From positions 16,045,807 through 16,109,806 of the forward strand of contig NC_134031.1 in assembly GCF_964204645.1 (NCBI RefSeq): a DNA stretch of 64,000 nt, given 5' to 3'. The notes below the pieces were generated by a model. That model worked only from the letters and a program-made list of their open reading frames with translations, was not told the DNA's origin and did no database searches. Of the stretch, positions 61,001-64,000 are shown piece after piece. The stretch is from Tubulanus polymorphus (lineage: Eukaryota; Animalia; Nemertea). A program made the translations under genes and the position numbers. How positions within the stretch are numbered: position 1 is the stretch's first letter; every line of letters starts with the position of its first letter.

Positions 61001-61693
61001 AATGATGATTACTCATAATATTTTCATCATATGGATTTTGCATTCGTACTCCGCACTAGAGCTGAAGCATATATAGAAAAGCTCCATATATAATAGCAGT
61101 TACGGTAACTCCGATTTGTCGGGGTAGGGTTTGCGGTGCCCGAAGAGATAATTTGAACCCAGTTCCACGGTGAGAACGAAAATCAAAAAGTGATTTGCAG
61201 TTACTAAAAAATGAAATCTCGGAAAATACCCAATATATGTATATAAATGTGTATTTATATGGATATTTCAGTATTTTAGTGCTGTGAACGGTTCTGTTTA
61301 ATATCAATTATTCAGTTGTTGACGAAGTAGTAAATTTGATATATGTGATAATTTTCATGTCAACAACACTAATAGATCAAGATAATACGCGCCAGTAGTT
61401 AAATGTTTATAGTTAGAGCTCTGTAAATATGGGAGGTGATTGTTTGTTAAACCCGGGTTCCGCGAGGTTGTCAATTATCGACATTTTTTGGGGATTTAAA
61501 GATTGTCTTTAGGTTATTTCATCGATAACCATGTTTGGTTTATCATATAACTTACCTTCTTTCGTATCCGACACACCAGTTTCTCATATATCCGCAGTTT
61601 GGTTTCCATACTTTGACTAGTTGTGTAAATGCCCGCACACACGGGCGCCGGACTCCCAACATCTCCACCTCCTGATACGGGCAAACATTTGGC
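19020..61693 (-). CDS. MEGF6: Multiple EGF-like domains protein 6 (MEGF6) orthologue; 5'-partial, 32 constitutive exons, ~1560 codons
   Basis: All 32 exons join in frame with GT-AG sites. The EMI domain ([55 protein letters not shown]...KCC), the motifs [23 protein letters not shown] and LASDGCGCE, and the linker followed by laminin-EGF repeats follow the vertebrate MEGF6 layout as I recall it. No transmembrane segment was seen. Confidence 0.9.
20354..20431 (-). CDS. MEGF6: Candidate MEGF6 cassette exon, 78 nt ([26 protein letters not shown])
   Basis: Long pyrimidine tract ttttttatttcattttcccccgaag, donor gtaagt; open, symmetric phase 1-1. Confidence 0.65.
21868..22002 (-). CDS. MEGF6: MEGF6 exon, last laminin-type EGF
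   Basis: [44 protein letters not shown]. Confidence 0.9.
22094..22225 (-). CDS. MEGF6: MEGF6 exon, laminin-type EGF
   Basis: [43 protein letters not shown]. Confidence 0.9.
22341..22573. repeat. Long inverted repeat (~105 bp arms), probably Penelope-like pLTR derived
   Basis: Left arm 22341-22448 is the reverse complement of right arm 22466-22573, with scattered mismatches. Confidence 0.85.
22468..22511 (+). ncRNA. Minimal type I hammerhead ribozyme motif (Penelope type)
   Basis: TACTC-CTGAAGA-T-GACTAT(taggat)ATAGTC-GAAA-C-GTC-GAATA: conserved core, 6-bp stem II, GUC triplet. Confidence 0.6.
22608..22736 (-). CDS. MEGF6: MEGF6 exon, laminin-type EGF
   Basis: [42 protein letters not shown]; uses an AAG acceptor. 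Confidence 0.9.
22829..23086 (-). CDS. MEGF6: MEGF6 exon, two laminin-type EGF
   Basis: [31 protein letters not shown]...GFYGQQCEF. Confidence 0.9.
23173..23430 (-). CDS. MEGF6: MEGF6 exon, two laminin-type EGF
   Basis: [31 protein letters not shown]...GYYGKNCDR. Confidence 0.9.
23511..23726. mobile_element. Tandem dimer of the same MITE, flanked by a CAG duplication (PIF/Harbinger-like)
   Basis: cag[ggcccggttccacagt ... gaactggatccagtttaacagt ... actgtggaattgggtc]cag. Confidence 0.8.
23738..23866 (-). CDS. MEGF6: MEGF6 exon, laminin-type EGF
   Basis: [42 protein letters not shown]. Confidence 0.9.
23939..24067 (-). CDS. MEGF6: MEGF6 exon, laminin-type EGF
   Basis: [42 protein letters not shown]. 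Confidence 0.9.
24141..24269 (-). CDS. MEGF6: MEGF6 exon, laminin-type EGF
   Basis: [42 protein letters not shown]. Confidence 0.9.
24382..24510 (-). CDS. MEGF6: MEGF6 exon, laminin-type EGF
   Basis: [42 protein letters not shown]. Confidence 0.9.
24589..24717 (-). CDS. MEGF6: MEGF6 exon, laminin-type EGF
   Basis: [42 protein letters not shown]. Confidence 0.9.
24802..24942 (-). CDS. MEGF6: MEGF6 exon, laminin-type EGF
   Basis: [46 protein letters not shown]. Confidence 0.9.
25060..25305 (-). CDS. MEGF6: MEGF6 exon, laminin-type EGF repeats
   Basis: [31 protein letters not shown]...[10 protein letters not shown]. Confidence 0.9.
25393..25521 (-). CDS. MEGF6: MEGF6 exon, laminin-type EGF
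   Basis: [42 protein letters not shown]. Confidence 0.9.
26581..26613 (-). CDS. MEGF6: Candidate MEGF6 33-nt microexon ([11 protein letters not shown])
   Basis: AAG acceptor, donor ATG|GTAAGA, symmetric phase 1-1, encodes RGD. Confidence 0.45.
26871..26999 (-). CDS. MEGF6: MEGF6 exon, laminin-type EGF
   Basis: [42 protein letters not shown]. Confidence 0.9.
27099..27227 (-). CDS. MEGF6: MEGF6 exon, laminin-type EGF
   Basis: [42 protein letters not shown]. Confidence 0.9.
29002..29127 (-). CDS. MEGF6: MEGF6 exon, laminin-type EGF
   Basis: [41 protein letters not shown]. Confidence 0.9.
30649..30666 (-). CDS. MEGF6: Candidate MEGF6 18-nt microexon (LFQHRT)
   Basis: ~40-nt pyrimidine tract with TGC ending gtaacag, donor CGG|GTAAAA, symmetric. 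Confidence 0.55.
31069..31255 (-). CDS. MEGF6: MEGF6 exon, laminin-type EGF
   Basis: [28 protein letters not shown]...GWVGDRCDQ. Confidence 0.9.
31361..31693 (-). CDS. MEGF6: MEGF6 exon, laminin-type EGF repeats
   Basis: [28 protein letters not shown]...STGCDAE. Confidence 0.9.
31843..31985 (-). CDS. MEGF6: MEGF6 exon, laminin-type EGF
   Basis: [47 protein letters not shown]. Confidence 0.9.
32779..32799. repeat. (CAG)n/(CTG)n microsatellite
   Basis: cagcagcagcagcagcagcag; reads as UGC repeats in the MEGF6 pre-mRNA. Confidence 0.85.
34452..34604 (-). CDS. MEGF6: MEGF6 linker exon (contains RGD)
   Basis: [50 protein letters not shown]; tttcag / gtaagt; 153 nt, phase 1-1. Confidence 0.85.
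34702..34824 (-). CDS. MEGF6: MEGF6 exon, cbEGF
   Basis: [41 protein letters not shown]. Confidence 0.92.
34950..35072 (-). CDS. MEGF6: MEGF6 exon, cbEGF
   Basis: [41 protein letters not shown]. Confidence 0.92.
35216..35353 (-). CDS. MEGF6: MEGF6 exon, EGF
   Basis: [46 protein letters not shown]. Confidence 0.92.
35834..35854 (-). CDS. MEGF6: Candidate MEGF6 21-nt microexon (PKPKKLP)
   Basis: actaat branch point, tract cttgtttttgtcttgccctttgccgcacttag, donor CAG|GTATGT, TGCATG ~17 nt downstream. Confidence 0.7.
36216..36284. mobile_element. 69-bp hairpin MITE (Tc1/mariner-pogo-like CAGTC ends)
   Basis: TIRs cagtcaaagctcgttataacgcca / tggcggtataacgagctttgactg; TA on the right flank, TG on the left. 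Confidence 0.75.
36430..36549 (-). CDS. MEGF6: MEGF6 exon, cbEGF
   Basis: [40 protein letters not shown]. Confidence 0.92.
36904..37026 (-). CDS. MEGF6: MEGF6 exon, EGF
   Basis: [40 protein letters not shown]. Confidence 0.92.
37282..37305 (-). CDS. MEGF6: Candidate MEGF6 24-nt microexon (VADVNANI)
   Basis: AAG acceptor, donor gtaagt, symmetric, TGC motifs upstream. Confidence 0.45.
37451..37576 (-). CDS. MEGF6: MEGF6 exon, EGF
   Basis: [41 protein letters not shown]. Confidence 0.92.
44762..44884 (-). CDS. MEGF6: MEGF6 exon, cbEGF
   Basis: [41 protein letters not shown]. Confidence 0.92.
46229..46351 (-). CDS. MEGF6: MEGF6 exon, cbEGF
   Basis: [41 protein letters not shown]. Confidence 0.92.
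50330..50434 (-). CDS. MEGF6: MEGF6 exon, EGF
   Basis: [34 protein letters not shown]. Confidence 0.92.
54364..54692. mobile_element. hAT-like MITE with CAGGGGCGGATCCAG ends
   Basis: caggggcggatccagctt ... aagctagatccacccgtg (15/18 TIR match); a related left end occurs at 41163. Confidence 0.6.
60289..60398 (-). CDS. MEGF6: MEGF6 exon, EMI domain part 2
   Basis: [36 protein letters not shown]; tttcag / gtaagt. Confidence 0.92.
60474..60700. repeat. Inverted repeat (~54 bp arms), probably Penelope-like derived
   Basis: ttcgaattttatacgatggaatttatcaaaatgaaaccacaacgatttggttgt pairs with acaaccgaaacgttgtggtttcaatttgataaattctatcgtatgaaattcgaa. Confidence 0.75.
60623..60664 (+). ncRNA. Minimal hammerhead ribozyme motif (Penelope type, partly degenerate)
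   Basis: CCAC-CTGATGA-C-GGCCGTT(agtc)AACAACC-GAAA-C-GTT-GTGG; stem I CCAC/GTGG. Confidence 0.5.
61556..61693 (-). CDS. MEGF6: MEGF6 exon, EMI domain part 1
   Basis: [45 protein letters not shown]; ttttcag / gtaagt. Confidence 0.92.
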
Positions 61694-62380
61694 CTGAAAA
61701 AAACCCGAATTAATAGAGCAACTTTTAAAAAACCGATAAATTAACGACCAGAATTATTTATGAGTTTAAAAACGATATCGTATTTAGGGCCTATTCAGAA
61801 ATTAAGGTTTTTGAACATTTTTGCACCCATGAGACATGAAATGTGTATCATACAATAAACGACTCCTAACTAAGTTCTATTTTGCGATCCCCGACATTGC
61901 AGCATCAATATTGACTATTAGTAATAAAGAAGTCAATTATCTGATCAACGAAAGTCGACGTAGCTGCATCAATGAACCACATTCTCATTAGTCAATCATA
62001 CTGGTGATTCGAGAGTAGCTGAGTTCATGGCGTGGGGCATTTTTTTACGAAACAGTTGTAAATTGATGTAATTCATCGGCTGTAACGAGAGTTACTACAG
62101 CGCGAAAACTCGGGCAGCCGAGCATCAATCAATCAGACAACGCTGTATCTCATCATGCCGATGAACTAATATCACTCAATTCAACTACAATGCAATTAAT
62201 CTTTATTCTCTAGTGCCAGAATCAGATTTCTGTGAGATTGTTGACGCTGTTATGCTTTGAAATCGGAGAAAATTGTATGTCTAGGATGAATGTATGTAAC
62301 TTTTAATAGAAATGTGATCATGCAGGCTAATGCGGGTAATGTTTAGATGTTGAACTGAAGGCATTGGCTAATAATAGACG

Positions 62381-62558
62381 ATATGATTCAAATACGATTT
62401 AGGATTCAAAAGATTATACTTTCTCTATAGAACCAAGAACCTAGAGAGTCTATGACTATGTATAAATCAACTATGATTCAAACACAATTTAAGATTCAAA
62501 AGGTTACAGATTTCTCTAGAACCAAGCATTTCTACTAGAGAGTCTATAACTATGTATA
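62381..62558. repeat. Diverged tandem duplication of a ~90 bp unit
   Basis: tatgattcaaa...gattcaaaag...tagaaccaag...ctagagagtctat.actatgtata occurs twice. Confidence 0.75.
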
Positions 62559-64000
62559 CATTTGCTGAGTCTAACGTCCCATAACCCTCCGTGACATCTC
62601 CGCGAACCCGAGCCCTCATCAGTTACATCGGGCTCTCATTTACAACACGGATAGAAAATATGATTTTCTCCTGGCGGTGGTCGTGATGAGGTGGTTTGGC
62701 AAGAAATTCTTAACGAATTAGCATCGTCATACAAATGAATCACAGCGCACGCATATAGGGGCCAGTTTACTGAAACTTCCACCGACAATGAGAATAGAGT
62801 CGGTTAAATTCATTACAGCCGATACAAATTCCGACAATTATTGGTCAACCCGTTGGAAGCAACAGTTCTCGCCGCAATCGGGCGAAATTCGATTACGGAA
62901 ATAGACCGAAAGCAAGTCATTCATTACTAACAACTCCGAAAGTCAATAATAGCGGTTGAAGATGAGGAATGGAAGAGGGCTAAAATTCATCATCTGATTT
63001 AATGCAATTTTCACCACGCTCCCAAATTATCGATTTATACCTATGAATCACGAAGGTTTCGTGAGCGGCGATGTCGGGGAATGACCAGATCCCCCGATAA
63101 CCCCTCAAATGAAAAGAAATACCGTTACCATTCGAATCTATCTCTCATGGGGCAATAAAATATCGTGTTAACGCGAAGTAAAAGAAGAGGGAAATGGGAA
63201 CACATGACGAAATAACAAATCAAACAAAACAGCGTTTCTGATGTAAGCATGTTTGTCTTATCATCGATTAGATGGAGTGAGACTTATACAACTACCAGTA
63301 CTAATCTTGCGAATAAAAACTTTTATTGGATTTTAGGCTTGAAGTTGGCTGGCTGGTGGAATGCCAATGAACCATTATTTCACCGGGCAAAGCTGATAAC
63401 AGGTACTTTTCTTAATTTTCACGTATATACAAATCAAACCATCGTATTCATTTTTGTGAATGTTGTATTTTTCGAAAAAAGCGCCCTGGGTCTGTTTTTA
63501 TTACCAATGCTTGCAAACACGATGATAAATTATCATTAATTGATTGGAGCCGAGGCGATTACGGGCGATTGACCCGTCGATCGTCGCGAGTGGTTTTGCG
63601 CGGTGGATTTTGACAGTAAAATTACCTCGGTACAAACGAATACGCGTATAGACATAACCATTAACGTAAATGGTTGGCAATATATATGTATATATTTATA
63701 TACATATATACATTAAATGATCAAGTCAACGAGGACAAAATAAATATCGCTAAAAATTCCCGCTAGCAGGGATTTGTTTCGGGCATCTGACCAATATTCA
63801 ACATTATTCGAATGAAATTGTTTCTTGTGTACTTAGCGGCTAGACACTATGTACATACTCAAAAAGCTCTTCCTCGGTGGCCTGGTACAAGGAAACACAC
63901 TTTAGATGAAACGTTATATCACAATGGACCAAACACGTTCTCTGGTCATCCTTGGTCACAGATGATCTCTAATAGCAAAATTATAGTGGCTAGATTTGCA

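Noticed and set aside
61697-64000. Search for the MEGF6 signal-peptide exon and promoter
   Set aside because: No ATG-hydrophobic segment with a phase-2 donor was found; it probably lies beyond the window
1-64000. CRISPR arrays, tRNA/rRNA genes, prokaryotic operons, autonomous transposons
   Set aside because: None seen; the window is spliceosomal-intron eukaryotic DNA

Overview
Eukaryotic genomic DNA, apparently from an invertebrate bilaterian, holding two convergent intron-containing genes. (1) + strand, 1-10571: the 3' ~2820 codons of a split ends/SPEN (SHARP, Msx2-interacting protein) gene. It has 9 exons in the window, ends in a SPOC domain, and is followed by a ~3.9 kb 3'UTR rich in Pumilio elements. 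(2) - strand, 61693 down to 19020: a MEGF6 orthologue with an EMI domain, 9 EGF/cbEGF exons, a linker and a long run of laminin-type EGF repeats. It has 32 exons (~1560 codons) in the window; the signal-peptide exon lies outside it. The most interesting signal is not in the ORF track: MEGF6 introns hold about ten candidate frame-preserving, phase-1 microexons (3-33 nt, plus one of 78 nt) between EGF modules, with UGC-rich 3' splice sites and clustered RBFOX (TGCATG) motifs. One of these would insert an RGD motif, and two more RGDs lie in non-EGF segments. MEGF6 introns also contain two foldback elements carrying Penelope-type minimal hammerhead ribozyme motifs. Several MITE families are present, one concentrated in SPEN introns. 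All splice calls were read by eye and need RNA-seq confirmation.
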